Virus record (IMG/VR): IMGVR_UViG_3300020171_000001
Span: 64,001-128,000 of that record
Length of the DNA: 64,000 nt
Direction: 5' to 3' (one strand)
Origin: a virus
Numbering within the stretch: the first letter of the stretch is position 1; every line of letters begins with the position of its first letter. The position numbers and the translations under genes were made by a program. Shown here piece by piece: positions 35,634 to 46,011 of the stretch. A model generated the notes under the pieces. It saw only the letters and a program-made list of their open reading frames with translations. It did not search any database and had not been told where the DNA came from.

Positions 35634-38600
35634 GTGGCGCTCATAGCCAACCTCATCTCCCGGCTCACCATCGACATCCGGGTGAAACGGGCCACGCTGC
35701 AAGTCCAAGCTCTCACGGCATCGCTCGTCGGCTTGGAAGCAGCGATGGGGAACACTGTTGCTTCGCTGTCCTCTGGGGCCCTGGCATCGAGTATCGCAGC
35801 GGCCACGGGGCGATTCAAGCTTGTCGCGACGACCGCCGCAACCAATTTCAATGCAGCCACTACCGCAATCAACGGAACAACTGCCGCGCTTCGCAATGCC
35901 TCGACGGCCCTGACCGCCACGGGCACCACGATGGGCGGAACTGCCAATCGTGTCCGCGCAGCAGCGGCTGGCGGGAGCACCGTTGGCACCGTTGGCACCG
36001 TTGGCCGAGGCGGCGGTGCAGGCAAGGGCGGCCTGAACAGGGGCGGTGGCCGCCCGGGGGTGCCGCCCGGGGGCGGATTTGCCGGTGTTGCAGGTTCCTT
36101 CGTGGGCATGCTGGTGGGCGGCTATGCCCTGCAGGGCATCAGTTCGTTTCTGAACCGGTCCATGGAGATGGAAACGGCGCTGGTGCAGCTCCAGGCCATC
36201 ACACGGGCCAACACGCAAGAGATGGCTGCCTACGAGAAAAAGATCTTGGAGGTTGCCGGCGCCACGCCCTTTGACCCTGCGCAGATCGCCGAGGGCATGC
36301 TCAAACTCCGGCAAGCAACCGGGTCGAGTAAGGCGGCTCTCGAGCTTCTGGGTGCCACAGCCAATACAGCACTGGCATCGTTCGATAAACTCTCGCTCCC
36401 TGCCGCTGCGGATTTTATCGGGCAGATTTCCAAGTCGTTCGGTGGGACACCGGCCGAGGTCGGCGAACGCGCTCAGAGCATCTATCGACTCTCCCTGGCG
36501 TCAGGCACGCCCATTGAGCACTTTTCCAAGGTGGCCGGTAAACTCGGTGCTGCGGCCAAACGCGGCGGGCAATCACCGGAGACGATCTTGCGCATGTTCG
36601 CGCTCTCCGCGGGTATGACCGGTGGGGCCAAAGAAGCAGCTACGCAGCTTGAGCGCGTCTCTGGCGAAATAGGCACCCAAGGTGCCATTGAGGGCCTGAA
36701 ACAGATTGGCGTCGTCATCGAGAAGACCGAAGGGGGCATCAAGGACTTCGGAGACATCATCCTCCAGCTCGTAGAACGATGGAAGCACAGTCCGGAAATG
36801 GCCAAGGCGGCGTTGACCAAGAGCACCGGTGGGATCGACATGACCAAGACGGGCTCGCGTCGCGGGGCAGGGCAGGGCATCGGTGAAAAGTCGGTTCGCG
36901 CGATCCTCTACCCCGTGGTTCGGCTTCTCGAAGGGGTCGGCGGAGTCGGGAAAGGCGCTCAAGCCTGGAACATGCTAGGCGATGAGATGAAGAGCACTGT
37001 TGACATCATGGCTATCCTCGCTGAGCGCCGACTGAGCACGCTGAACGGGCAGCTGCAGCTCCTGGGAGAAGAGCTGGGCAAGACCGCGCGAATCGTTGGG
37101 GACATCATGGCGCCCTTCGTGCGCAGACTCGCGGGGGACCTGCAGGCCCTCACCGGGCGCTTCCAGGCTGCGTACAAGAACAGCAAGTTGTTTGCTTGGG
37201 CCGTGGACAACGTGGTTGAAGTCCTGGGCAAAGCAGTAGTTGCTTTTTCGGCAATAGCGATGGCCAAGGGTGGCTACGGCCTTGTCAAGAACGTGGCCGG
37301 GTTCACAGGTCTTACGGGGGCCGCGGGCTGGGCTATCGACAGATACAAGAACAGGGGCATGCCTTCAGCAGCTGCGCAAACCCGCGCCATGGCTATGCGT
37401 GGCCCGGTGCCCGCAGTTGCCGCGAATGCTCTTACTGGTGCTGCACTGGGTCAAGCCATGGGCGGTGTGGGGTTTGGCGCGGCTTCACTCGGGGGGAAGA
37501 TAACCGTGGGGGCCCTCGGGTTGGGCTTGGCGCTTATAAAACTGGCGGCTATCGCCGCTGCGCTCTACGTCGCGTTCAAGGCTCTCGAGTGGGTCGCTGT
37601 GAACGTCTGGTCGGTGGCCACCAGGGGCTGGAAAGGGACAGTGCAGAAGAAGCGGGAAGAGAAATGGCACGAGATCATGCGCGGGGAAGAGACAGGTGTG
37701 AAGCTAGCAAGCAATCAGAAATTGATCAAGGTCCTTCAACCCATGTCGGACTCTGACATACAGGCTGTCTCTGCCGAATTCCGGACCAAGTTCCGCAAGT
37801 CCATAGGCGAAGCCTCGCTAGACGAAATGGAATGGCTGGGATGGCGCATCACGAACCACGGCGCGCTCCTGGCCAGAGCTCTGTGGGCGTCGAACAAGGC
37901 CAGTATCGAGATGACCAAGAGCCTGGTGGACCAGGCAAAAGCGACTCATGCTCAGGTTGCCCTCCAGGAGAAGCTCAACACAGCCTACGCCTACGGGTTT
38001 ACGCGGATGAACAAGCTCATGGAGGAGGCCAAGGGCATGGCCTCTTATGTCCCCCCCGAGATAAAGTGGGGTACGCACAAGAAGGGCGAGGCACTGCTGC
38101 AGGCTGCTTTGGGCCGTGGCGACCTCGGGGACGCCGAGCAGCGCCTGGTCATGTCGGCGCTGAACATTGGCCAGCAGATGCAGCCCCTGGTGGAAAGCTC
38201 CGTGGCAGGAAATATAAGCACGGAAGACCATGCTACGCTCACCCGACTGGCGGAACTCTGGCAGATAGCCTTTACGCAACTTGCTCGTCAGCGCGTGGGC
38301 GGATTCTCGCTGGACTTCGCTGGGAAATACGGGGCAGACGTCCTGTCGCAGATCACGGCGATTGGCACGGAGCAAAACCGGCACTACAGCCGTGGCCTCG
38401 GTGCGCTCACCCACGGGCAGTTCCTGGATCGGGCCAATCCCGCCATGTTCATCCCCGGCTGGGACCAGAGCGCCCTCGGGTACCAGCCGATACCCGGCTG
38501 GTCCGATGTACTCCAGGGGCCGTGGAATCGCCAGTACACCAACCCGACCGTGGATCCCAAGACGGGTCGGCCGATCGGCGCCCGAACGTCTGAGAACGAC

Positions 38601-38903
38601 TATGATTATAATTGGCTGAGTCCCACGAACACGGACTACAGCACTGGGCAGAGCAGACTGCCGCAAGCACAAAAGAGCGAGCGGACGTCGTTCCTCACGG
38701 AGCAATCGGCCTTCATGGAAAGGGCCATGTGCAGGGCTCTGCAAACGGTATTTAAAGTACCTTCCCCGACTGCACGGTCGCTTGCCCTCGAATGGGAGAA
38801 CTTGCCCCGTGCTGAGAGCAGCACACCGGCGCCTGCATGGGCCAAAGACCCCATGTCGCGAGCGCAGGATGGGGGCGAATACCACAAATGGGGGCCACAG
38901 TAA
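35634..38903 (+). CDS. tail tape measure protein (TP901-type core)
   Basis: 1089 aa, Ala/Gly-rich helical; METALVQLQAIT..ATPFDPAQIAEGMLKL; TLNGQLQLL; TM segments. Confidence 0.9.
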   Translation: MALIANLISRLTIDIRVKRATLQVQALTASLVGLEAAMGNTVASLSSGALASSIAAATGRFKLVATTAATNFNAATTAINGTTAALRNASTALTATGTTMGGTANRVRAAAAGGSTVGTVGTVGRGGGAGKGGLNRGGGRPGVPPGGGFAGVAGSFVGMLVGGYALQGISSFLNRSMEMETALVQLQAITRANTQEMAAYEKKILEVAGATPFDPAQIAEGMLKLRQATGSSKAALELLGATANTALASFDKLSLPAAADFIGQISKSFGGTPAEVGERAQSIYRLSLASGTPIEHFSKVAGKLGAAAKRGGQSPETILRMFALSAGMTGGAKEAATQLERVSGEIGTQGAIEGLKQIGVVIEKTEGGIKDFGDIILQLVERWKHSPEMAKAALTKSTGGIDMTKTGSRRGAGQGIGEKSVRAILYPVVRLLEGVGGVGKGAQAWNMLGDEMKSTVDIMAILAERRLSTLNGQLQLLGEELGKTARIVGDIMAPFVRRLAGDLQALTGRFQAAYKNSKLFAWAVDNVVEVLGKAVVAFSAIAMAKGGYGLVKNVAGFTGLTGAAGWAIDRYKNRGMPSAAAQTRAMAMRGPVPAVAANALTGAALGQAMGGVGFGAASLGGKITVGALGLGLALIKLAAIAAALYVAFKALEWVAVNVWSVATRGWKGTVQKKREEKWHEIMRGEETGVKLASNQKLIKVLQPMSDSDIQAVSAEFRTKFRKSIGEASLDEMEWLGWRITNHGALLARALWASNKASIEMTKSLVDQAKATHAQVALQEKLNTAYAYGFTRMNKLMEEAKGMASYVPPEIKWGTHKKGEALLQAALGRGDLGDAEQRLVMSALNIGQQMQPLVESSVAGNISTEDHATLTRLAELWQIAFTQLARQRVGGFSLDFAGKYGADVLSQITAIGTEQNRHYSRGLGALTHGQFLDRANPAMFIPGWDQSALGYQPIPGWSDVLQGPWNRQYTNPTVDPKTGRPIGARTSENDYDYNWLSPTNTDYSTGQSRLPQAQKSERTSFLTEQSAFMERAMCRALQTVFKVPSPTARSLALEWENLPRAESSTPAPAWAKDPMSRAQDGGEYHKWGPQ

Positions 38904-39526
38904 TGCCATCAACCTACGCCGTGCAGCCACCGACCCGGGCGCGGAGGCATCTGACGTTCTACGATGTAGATACCCCGTCCAACTACATCGTGGTGCCGTA
39001 CAACCCGGTTGAGTTCTCCGGCAAGATCGAGGCAACTCTCGCCAACCCTCAGGCTGTTGGCTGGACGGGGCCAGCTGTGCAGCACGGGTCGACCGGAGGC
39101 CTGTCGCCCGTTGAGATCCCACTGCGGTTCGACGAGCGCCCGCAGACAGACGCGCGTCGTATGGGCGTTGGAGCTGGGCTATCCTTCGAAGAAGCCCGCG
39201 ACTGGCTCACATCTCGGATCTACAGCCCACGGTTGGGGATTGCGCCAGTGCTGGTTACCGTGGTTTGGCCCAACACCGTGTCATTCTGCGGTGCCATCGG
39301 CAGCGTGGGTGTCAACATCACGCGGTGGGACGCCACGCTGAAAGTACGCGATGCCACGATTACCGTGTCCATGCAAGAGATCGTGGACGGCTTCCGATCA
39401 GCGGCTTCGATCGTGGCCAACGGGTGGGAGTTCGTGCGGTCTCCGGGTACTTCCGGCGGTCAACAACCGAGCATCGGGTTAGACGGGCACACGGCAGAAG
39501 GGGACTTTCCCCCGGAGTTGCCCTGA
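38903..39526 (+). CDS. tube initiator / CIS-tube-like baseplate protein
   Basis: VPYNPVEF, LRFD, VTVVW, VRDATITVSMQE; coupled to the tape measure stop. Confidence 0.75.
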   Translation: MPSTYAVQPPTRARRHLTFYDVDTPSNYIVVPYNPVEFSGKIEATLANPQAVGWTGPAVQHGSTGGLSPVEIPLRFDERPQTDARRMGVGAGLSFEEARDWLTSRIYSPRLGIAPVLVTVVWPNTVSFCGAIGSVGVNITRWDATLKVRDATITVSMQEIVDGFRSAASIVANGWEFVRSPGTSGGQQPSIGLDGHTAEGDFPPELP

Positions 39527-39909
39527 TGGCTGTAGACACGTCACTGGCGTCTTTCAACCTGGGTGGGCTGTACCGCCACGGGGCCATCTACGAGGGAGCC
39601 GACGGGCGCTTGTACGTCTCTGTTCCTGAGCGGTTGCCGGCCTTCGACGTGGTGGACGGGCAGTACGCCGCGGTCTACGCTGCCCGGGGCGGCGGGGAGA
39701 CTCTGATCGATGTTGCTCTGCTGTACTATCGGGGCACCCTGTCGTCCCCCGTGGACGCATGGGAGGTCCTGGCGCAGTTCCAGGACGACCCCCTGGTGGA
39801 CCCGTTTTGCTACCTGACACGTGGCCGACTCCTGCAAGTGCCTCCGGCGGCCTACTTTGGGGCGTATGCCTACGGGGATTCCTTGCTGGATGGATCTCCG
39901 GAGTTCTGA
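39526..39909 (+). CDS. LysM/tail-X-like baseplate protein
   Basis: GETLIDVALLYY...WEVLAQFQ...DPF..L.RGRLLQVP. Confidence 0.75.
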   Translation: MAVDTSLASFNLGGLYRHGAIYEGADGRLYVSVPERLPAFDVVDGQYAAVYAARGGGETLIDVALLYYRGTLSSPVDAWEVLAQFQDDPLVDPFCYLTRGRLLQVPPAAYFGAYAYGDSLLDGSPEF

Positions 39910-39915
39910 GGCGCT

Positions 39916-41406
39916 ATGCCCGTAAGCGAATTCAAGACCTGGAACCCTGTTCTGCACATCCGGACTGTGCAGGGGAATGTCCCCGGTGAAGAACTGCGAA
40001 AGCGGACCCTCAAGCTCGCCTTCGTGAGCCGCCTGCGGGAGTTCGACCATATTGAATGGGAGGTCATGAACCACGATGGGCTCCTGACGCAGCCTAGTAC
40101 TATGGTCGCGGGGATGATCGTGGCCATCAAGCTCGGGTACATCGATCAGACTGCGCCCTGGCGAACCTTCGTGGTCAATCGCATGCGCGGCGGCGTGGGT
40201 GTCTCAGGCCGGGAGTGTGCATCGGTCGGGGATGGGGAGAGCACCATTACGCTGTTTGGCCGTAACCGAAATGCTCGTGGCGGACAGCCCCGGAGCCCAC
40301 AGGGGCAATCATGGGAGGCCGGCCGAGGGTCCGCGAGGAAGTGGCCTGAAAAGGACCTCACGGCCAAGGGCAAGGTCCGCAAGCCACGGAAGGTGCATCC
40401 GTCGACGGGCGACATGGATGCCACTGACATGCTCCTCAACCGGGAGCGATCCGGGGGGCAATCTTCCAAGCCCCGGGTGATCATCGCGCGGAGCACGTCG
40501 AAAGCCGTCATCCAGATTGCCCAGCGTTGGGGCTTCCGAGAGGAGCAGATCCTGGTCGAGAGCACCGGTGATTTCCTCGAAAACATGACGGTTCCGGCTG
40601 GCCGTTCAGACGCCGAGCACCTGCAGATCCTGGCAAGGGACTACGGTTTTCAGTTCTTCATCGACCACCAGGGCGTGTTCCACTGGCATTCCGTGGCCTA
40701 CGCGCGGGACACGGCAAATGCAGGGCGGCCGGTCGAACAGTTCTTCTACGGAGGGGGTCCTGATATCCTCCGCATAGGCATCGACGCCGATTTCACATTG
40801 CCCTTCGCGCAGTCCATAAAGGTCAGTACAGCCAAACGGAAGGTCCGCGGCGTCCTGGTCCAGAACATGGACGGAGACGCGGCCATCAAGGCCGTTGGTA
40901 TCGGGCAAGGCACGATCTCTGATCTGGGCATGGACGGTGGCCCGCGGGCTACGGAGCAATCGCGTCAGCTCGTGAAGCCTTACCATCTACCAGCTATACC
41001 CACGGACTATGGCTCTGCGGTTTGGGAGAGCATCCGCCGCAAGTACATTCGTAAGCTCACGGATGCCTTCAAGCTTACGATCAACTGTGTTGGCAATCCC
41101 AGGCTCCTGGCCGGCAAGATCGTGGAGGTTGCGGGCACCGGCTCAATCTTCGTGGATGGGCCGTGGATGATCGGAGAGGCCCGACACACCATTCAGAACA
41201 GCAACAGTATCGTATACGGTACGGATGTCCAACTCCAGCTTGCAGCGCGACCCGCTGGCGGGAAGAAGAGCAAGGGCAAGGTGCGTGTTGGATCTACGGG
41301 GAATCTACGGCTGAATCGGCAGAACAAGACGGATGAACGTGGCACATTCACTGTAGACGGCTACCAATCGACAGGCCGGTCCGTGGCCGGCGAGGGAGGC
41401 AAGTAG
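39916..41406 (+). CDS. baseplate hub (late control D / gp27-like)
   Basis: IKLGY, SDAEHLQILARDYGFQFFID, VGNPRLLAGKIVEVAG.G..DGPWMI..ARH. Confidence 0.85.
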   Translation: MPVSEFKTWNPVLHIRTVQGNVPGEELRKRTLKLAFVSRLREFDHIEWEVMNHDGLLTQPSTMVAGMIVAIKLGYIDQTAPWRTFVVNRMRGGVGVSGRECASVGDGESTITLFGRNRNARGGQPRSPQGQSWEAGRGSARKWPEKDLTAKGKVRKPRKVHPSTGDMDATDMLLNRERSGGQSSKPRVIIARSTSKAVIQIAQRWGFREEQILVESTGDFLENMTVPAGRSDAEHLQILARDYGFQFFIDHQGVFHWHSVAYARDTANAGRPVEQFFYGGGPDILRIGIDADFTLPFAQSIKVSTAKRKVRGVLVQNMDGDAAIKAVGIGQGTISDLGMDGGPRATEQSRQLVKPYHLPAIPTDYGSAVWESIRRKYIRKLTDAFKLTINCVGNPRLLAGKIVEVAGTGSIFVDGPWMIGEARHTIQNSNSIVYGTDVQLQLAARPAGGKKSKGKVRVGSTGNLRLNRQNKTDERGTFTVDGYQSTGRSVAGEGGK

Positions 41407-41412
41407 TCGCCC

Positions 41413-42030
41413 ATGGGCTCGCCAATCCCAGGTTTCGTCACGGGGTTTGTCACCCGGCGGGATGACCCGCAGGGCCTCCACCGGATTCGTGCTGTGATCC
41501 CTGCGCTCCTGGAGCCCGAGACACCGTTCTGGATCTGGCCCGGGAACACACCGGGGGGCGGCGGGCCAAACCAGGGCGCGCTCTACCCACCGCCGCAGGT
41601 CGAAGCGCGTGTCTTGATTATGTTCGAGTATGGGGTTTGGGATACCCCCGATGCCCACGCCGTGTATTTCCCGGGCTACTATGGCCTGGACGAGGCCACG
41701 AAAGAGCCCGAGGGGCCTGCCACGACATATGTTGCGACGACGGCTGACAAGGCGCGGCAGCGCGCCACGATCTGGGAGGACTCGGCCTTCGCTATCTATG
41801 TGGCAAACGAGGACGATGACAAGCGCTTGGTGCTCCTGGCCAAGAAAAGTGGCAATCGCATCGAACTCAATGAGACCAGCGGAACGACCAAGACTGGGGC
41901 CAAGATCAAGATCATAGCACGGACAGGCCTCTCCCTAGCCGCCGATGGACTAATCGATATCTATGCCAAGCTGGCTGTGCAGATCATGAAGCGCCGGGTG
42001 CAGACGCTGACCCCAGACAAGGGGATATAG
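41413..42030 (+). CDS. baseplate spike (gpV/gp5 OB-fold)
   Basis: VTRRDDPQGLHRIRAVIP..W..PPQVEARVLIMFEYG. Confidence 0.85.
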   Translation: MGSPIPGFVTGFVTRRDDPQGLHRIRAVIPALLEPETPFWIWPGNTPGGGGPNQGALYPPPQVEARVLIMFEYGVWDTPDAHAVYFPGYYGLDEATKEPEGPATTYVATTADKARQRATIWEDSAFAIYVANEDDDKRLVLLAKKSGNRIELNETSGTTKTGAKIKIIARTGLSLAADGLIDIYAKLAVQIMKRRVQTLTPDKGI

Positions 42031-42040
42031 GAACTGTCCT

Positions 42041-42958
42041 GTGTCTGATATCGACCTCGCATGCCTGGGCATTCCGCTGCCTGCGCCCCCGCCGCAGATG
42101 GACTTGCCTGGGCTCGGCACGTTGCAGGAGGCGTGGAAGACCCTCGGGGGTATCCCATCTGCCTCAGACATGGTCGCAGAGTTCCTCAACCAGGCGCAGA
42201 CCGCGCTGGCCCCGGTCAAGCGCTACTTGGAGATGGTGCAGACCGTCGCAGCCATCGTCGAGTGCATCACGAAGATCCCCGATGCGCTCATGTCGCTGGA
42301 CCCGACTGAGCTCCTCGACTGCTTCGAAAAAATCCACAAGGCCGTCATGAAGATCCTGACGTACCTGCCGCCCCTGAGCTACCTGAAGATGGGCCTGGAC
42401 CTCTGCTCGTTCTGCATTCAACTCATCGATGGCATCCTTGACCTCTTGCGGGCCATCGACCGCCGCATCCAGGATTACTCGAAGCTCCTTGAGGAGGCCA
42501 AAGCTGCCGGCGACCAGGAGCTGCAGCAGGCCATGTCGTGCGGGGCCTCCGAGCTGCTCCCCGGGATCATCCAGATGGCCGATGCCATGCTCTTCATCAA
42601 GCCTGCCATCGATACGCTTCTTGAGCCATTGTCTATGGCCCCCGGGGGCGGGTCTCTCGCCACCATCAAGACCCCGCTGGCGCTGGCCGCGAGCTATGCC
42701 CTGAAGGCGAAGGCCCAGATCATGTCTCAGGGCGGCTCGCAGACTCCGCCGCTGCCGCCGTTCCCTCCGTTTACTTTTTCGCCTCCGGAGCAACCGGACT
42801 TCGTACCGTTTCCGCCGCTGGGGTCTCTGCTGTACGCCATGAGCATTCAGCGAGAGCAGCTGGTGTTCATGTACAACTTCTTGGCCAAGATCCTGGGCGG
42901 CGATCTGAAAGACAATGTGCTGTTCGACGCGGTATTCGGGTCCTTCAGCAACTTTTGA
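42041..42958 (+). CDS. helical hypothetical protein
   Basis: 305 aa, strong codon bias, within the baseplate operon. Confidence 0.7.
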   Translation: MSDIDLACLGIPLPAPPPQMDLPGLGTLQEAWKTLGGIPSASDMVAEFLNQAQTALAPVKRYLEMVQTVAAIVECITKIPDALMSLDPTELLDCFEKIHKAVMKILTYLPPLSYLKMGLDLCSFCIQLIDGILDLLRAIDRRIQDYSKLLEEAKAAGDQELQQAMSCGASELLPGIIQMADAMLFIKPAIDTLLEPLSMAPGGGSLATIKTPLALAASYALKAKAQIMSQGGSQTPPLPPFPPFTFSPPEQPDFVPFPPLGSLLYAMSIQREQLVFMYNFLAKILGGDLKDNVLFDAVFGSFSNF

Positions 42959-42991
42959 TTTCTCGCAGGGTTCTCTGCTAGGATGTCCGGA

Positions 42992-43468
42992 ATGGGATCG
43001 GGCCTGCAAACGCAACGTCTCCTGCCCCCGGGTCTCCGGGCAGAGGCCATTGCTTGGCCCGTGACGTGGGGCAAGGGCGGACTGGAACGCGTGCAGGGCG
43101 TGGCTCGCATCCGGAGCGCCCTGGAGCACCTGGTCATTACACCGCTGAACGCCTACTGGGTGGACCCAAAGTACGGGAGCCTGTTTCATCAGCTCCGCAC
43201 GCAGGGGATGTCCATCGATGCATCTGGGCAAAGCGGGGGCGGCGCCGGTTCGGGCCTGCAGACCGTGGTTGTTTCGCACTTCATGCAGCAAGTTGCTATC
43301 TATCTACCGGCTGTGGCCGTCCACGGAGTCTCGCCCCGGCCGCAGGCAGACCACCGGCTCGTGATCCACGTCATCTGGACCCTGGCCACTGCCCGAGGTC
43401 AGGGGTCTTCTGGGACGATGCAGGGGCCAGGTCTCGGAGCCATGGCCCCGCTGAACGTGGTGGTATAG
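42992..43468 (+). CDS. baseplate wedge/sheath initiator (gp25/GPW-like)
   Basis: IAWP..IRSALEHLVIT...PKYGSL...YLP. Confidence 0.8.
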   Translation: MGSGLQTQRLLPPGLRAEAIAWPVTWGKGGLERVQGVARIRSALEHLVITPLNAYWVDPKYGSLFHQLRTQGMSIDASGQSGGGAGSGLQTVVVSHFMQQVAIYLPAVAVHGVSPRPQADHRLVIHVIWTLATARGQGSSGTMQGPGLGAMAPLNVVV

Positions 43469-43472
43469 GAAT

Positions 43473-45047
43473 ATGGCCAAACCCCTTCTGCCCACGCAAG
43501 AACTGGATTTCGTCGGGCTCGACCGACAAATGCTCCTGGCGCGACTCCGGTGGAACGCCTCCCAGGCTTTCTCGGGCTGGATAGACTACTCCCTGGCGTG
43601 CCCGGAGAACGTGATCTTGGAAGCTGAAGCGCTCCTCGGCGCCATGGGCTTCTCGCTCACCAACGAGCGGACTCGGCAACTCACCTTTGCCACGGTGACT
43701 GACCGCTTGATGATGATCCGGAAAGCCGGGCCCCATGGCCTCACACTGTCCTCGGCCACGGCTGCGCAGGTCTCCGGCGTGTTTTCCCTGCCCGGGGGCG
43801 CACTGGCCACGAAGGTGGTGACCGTGACTGCTGGTACTCGGCTCCAGGCTGGACCAGCGCAGTATGAGATGCAGGCCACTGCCACAATCTCTATCGGGTC
43901 CAACGCGTCGGGCTCGGTCATCCTGGAGAATAGCGAGACGCAGTCCGAGCTTGTTCGGTCCGATGGCTCAGCAGACCAGGTTGTGGGCCTCTCATCCTAC
44001 CCCGTAATCGACAGTAGCGTAGTTATCGCGGCGGCAAACGGCACGTATCGAACGACGCGCCCGGACAACGGAATGGCCTACAGGTCTTTCCTGGAGATGA
44101 GCGGGGCTACACTCGGCGCAGTCGTTCGCGTGGATAACGAGGGCCGTGGGTATGTTTTCTTCGGCAATGGCCTCAACGGAGTCATCCCGCAAGGCAACGT
44201 CCAGATCACGTATAAGACCGGCGGGGGGTCCTCTGGCCGTGTGGTCTCTGGGGCCTCCTGGACGTTCCTCGATGCGGTCTACGATGAGTCTGGAAGCCAA
44301 ACCACTGTTCTATTCGCCAACCCGGCGGCGTCAACAGGCGGCCTCGACCAGATGTCTGTTGAGGAGGCCCGGGTTCGCTTGCCCATGCAGATCCGCGTGC
44401 GAGAGCGGACTGTCAACGAGGACGATGCGGAGACCACCGCGGAGACCACAGGAGGCATCGTCCGGGCCACGTTGATGACCTCGAACCACTCGAAGAGCAT
44501 CCCTGAGGACACAGGCCGGTTGTACCTCGTTGCCCTCGGAGCGCAGTACGCGGACACCGGGTACTACCCGCCGGCGGCGCCTACGACCGCGCAGATCGCC
44601 GCGGTGACGGCCAAGATCGCTCGTGGAGGCGAAGCCCCGGTCATCATGGGGGCCCGAGTGACGGTCCACGCGTTCATCGCGCGGACCGTGAACGTCGCCG
44701 TCCGGGTTCACAAGGCAAGCGGCATCTCTGCGACCGCAGCCAAGGCAGCAGTGACCAGTGCGTTGCAGACCCACTTTGCTGTGGCGAATAGCAGCGGAAC
44801 GCCGCTTTACACTGTGGGCTTCGGGCATGAGATGCTCAGCTCCTCCGGCGTGGCGGACTACGAACTCCCATGGTCTGATCTCTTTGGCGCGATTCGCAGC
44901 ACGCCGGAGATCCGGAAGATCCCATCAGACCCGCTCAACTTGCTCCTCAACGGCGCACAGGCCAGCGTATTCCTCAAACCCGAGGAGTTCCCGGTCTTGG
45001 GGGCCCTGACCGTGTACGACATGGACACCGGGGGCACCGTGATCTGA
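43473..45047 (+). CDS. baseplate wedge protein (gpJ/T4 gp6-like)
   Basis: SDGSADQ, VFFGNGLNGVIP, ITYKTGGGSSG, STGGLDQMSVEEAR, RTVNEDD. Confidence 0.9.
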   Translation: MAKPLLPTQELDFVGLDRQMLLARLRWNASQAFSGWIDYSLACPENVILEAEALLGAMGFSLTNERTRQLTFATVTDRLMMIRKAGPHGLTLSSATAAQVSGVFSLPGGALATKVVTVTAGTRLQAGPAQYEMQATATISIGSNASGSVILENSETQSELVRSDGSADQVVGLSSYPVIDSSVVIAAANGTYRTTRPDNGMAYRSFLEMSGATLGAVVRVDNEGRGYVFFGNGLNGVIPQGNVQITYKTGGGSSGRVVSGASWTFLDAVYDESGSQTTVLFANPAASTGGLDQMSVEEARVRLPMQIRVRERTVNEDDAETTAETTGGIVRATLMTSNHSKSIPEDTGRLYLVALGAQYADTGYYPPAAPTTAQIAAVTAKIARGGEAPVIMGARVTVHAFIARTVNVAVRVHKASGISATAAKAAVTSALQTHFAVANSSGTPLYTVGFGHEMLSSSGVADYELPWSDLFGAIRSTPEIRKIPSDPLNLLLNGAQASVFLKPEEFPVLGALTVYDMDTGGTVI

Positions 45048-45979
45048 TGGAAGTGAAGAACCCATCTTTTGAGATCGCCGGGCTCGGCCCAGGCCAAGCC
45101 CAGGACTGGGCGGAAACCCAGACCGGCCCGGCGGAGGACATCGGTGTCTTCGACGGTGGCGCAGTTCTGGGCTCTGTACCCTTCGAGTGCTTCGAAGCCG
45201 AGTGGGGTGACAACCACCTGTCTGCCTGGGTGCTTACCGCAGCGATGGTTTCCCCGGGTATGTTCGAGTACGGCACCGAACCGCAAGAGACCTTCGAGAC
45301 ATCGTGGGTCGAACCCGCTGCCCCGACGTCGCCTCCGGTCTGGAACCACCATGCCCGCTGGGGATTCCTGGCTTCGGATCTGGACGCTGCGCTGTTCGAT
45401 GTGGGCCTGGGCACGCCAGAGGCCTACGAGGACTTCGAGGCGTACTGGCTCGACAACGACGCAGCGAGCTGGATGTGGCCCGGGGGCGCGCTGTTCTCGT
45501 TCAACACAGAGGCCGGGCCGCGGGGGCCCTTCGCTGTCATCCTCGGCGATACCTTGTCGGTCAGCATAGACGGGGCTCCAGCGGTCACCATCACGTTCGT
45601 CGCTGGGGCCACGACGGCCGTGGGCATCGCCGCAGCCATCGCTGCGTTGCTTGCCGGATGCCGCGTCTGGAGCACGGCATTGGGGCGCATCGGACTCGCC
45701 TCGAACGCGCCTTGGGGGACCATCCAGGTTACTGGCGGAACGGCCAACGCAGCCTTGCAGTTCCCTACCGGGGCACCGGCGACGTCGGCCACAGGGAGCT
45801 TCGATGTCGGGACACCGGAGAACGGGGAGGACTTCGAAGAGGAGTGGATGGACAACGAGACCTATGATGTTGGCTTCGCCCCGTTCGGTGGTGGTACACT
45901 GGGCTTCGCCCTGTTCGATGGCGGCAGCTTGCCCTATGAGAGCTTTGACGGCGTTGCCTGGACGGAGACCTTCGCGTAG
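45047..45979 (+). CDS. acidic repeat-containing virion protein
   Basis: VKNPSFE start; five FDxG..E.FE..W repeats; TLSVSIDG...IQVTGGTANAAL insert. Confidence 0.7.
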   Translation: MEVKNPSFEIAGLGPGQAQDWAETQTGPAEDIGVFDGGAVLGSVPFECFEAEWGDNHLSAWVLTAAMVSPGMFEYGTEPQETFETSWVEPAAPTSPPVWNHHARWGFLASDLDAALFDVGLGTPEAYEDFEAYWLDNDAASWMWPGGALFSFNTEAGPRGPFAVILGDTLSVSIDGAPAVTITFVAGATTAVGIAAAIAALLAGCRVWSTALGRIGLASNAPWGTIQVTGGTANAALQFPTGAPATSATGSFDVGTPENGEDFEEEWMDNETYDVGFAPFGGGTLGFALFDGGSLPYESFDGVAWTETFA

Positions 45980-46011
45980 CTCGGCTGGAAAACCTAAAAA
46001 GAGAGATCGGC

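Noticed and set aside
18444-36005. CRISPR array or DGR template/variable repeats
   Set aside because: The repeats are short head-to-tail units without spacers; no cas or reverse transcriptase genes; no ~100-bp adenine-variant repeat pair noticed
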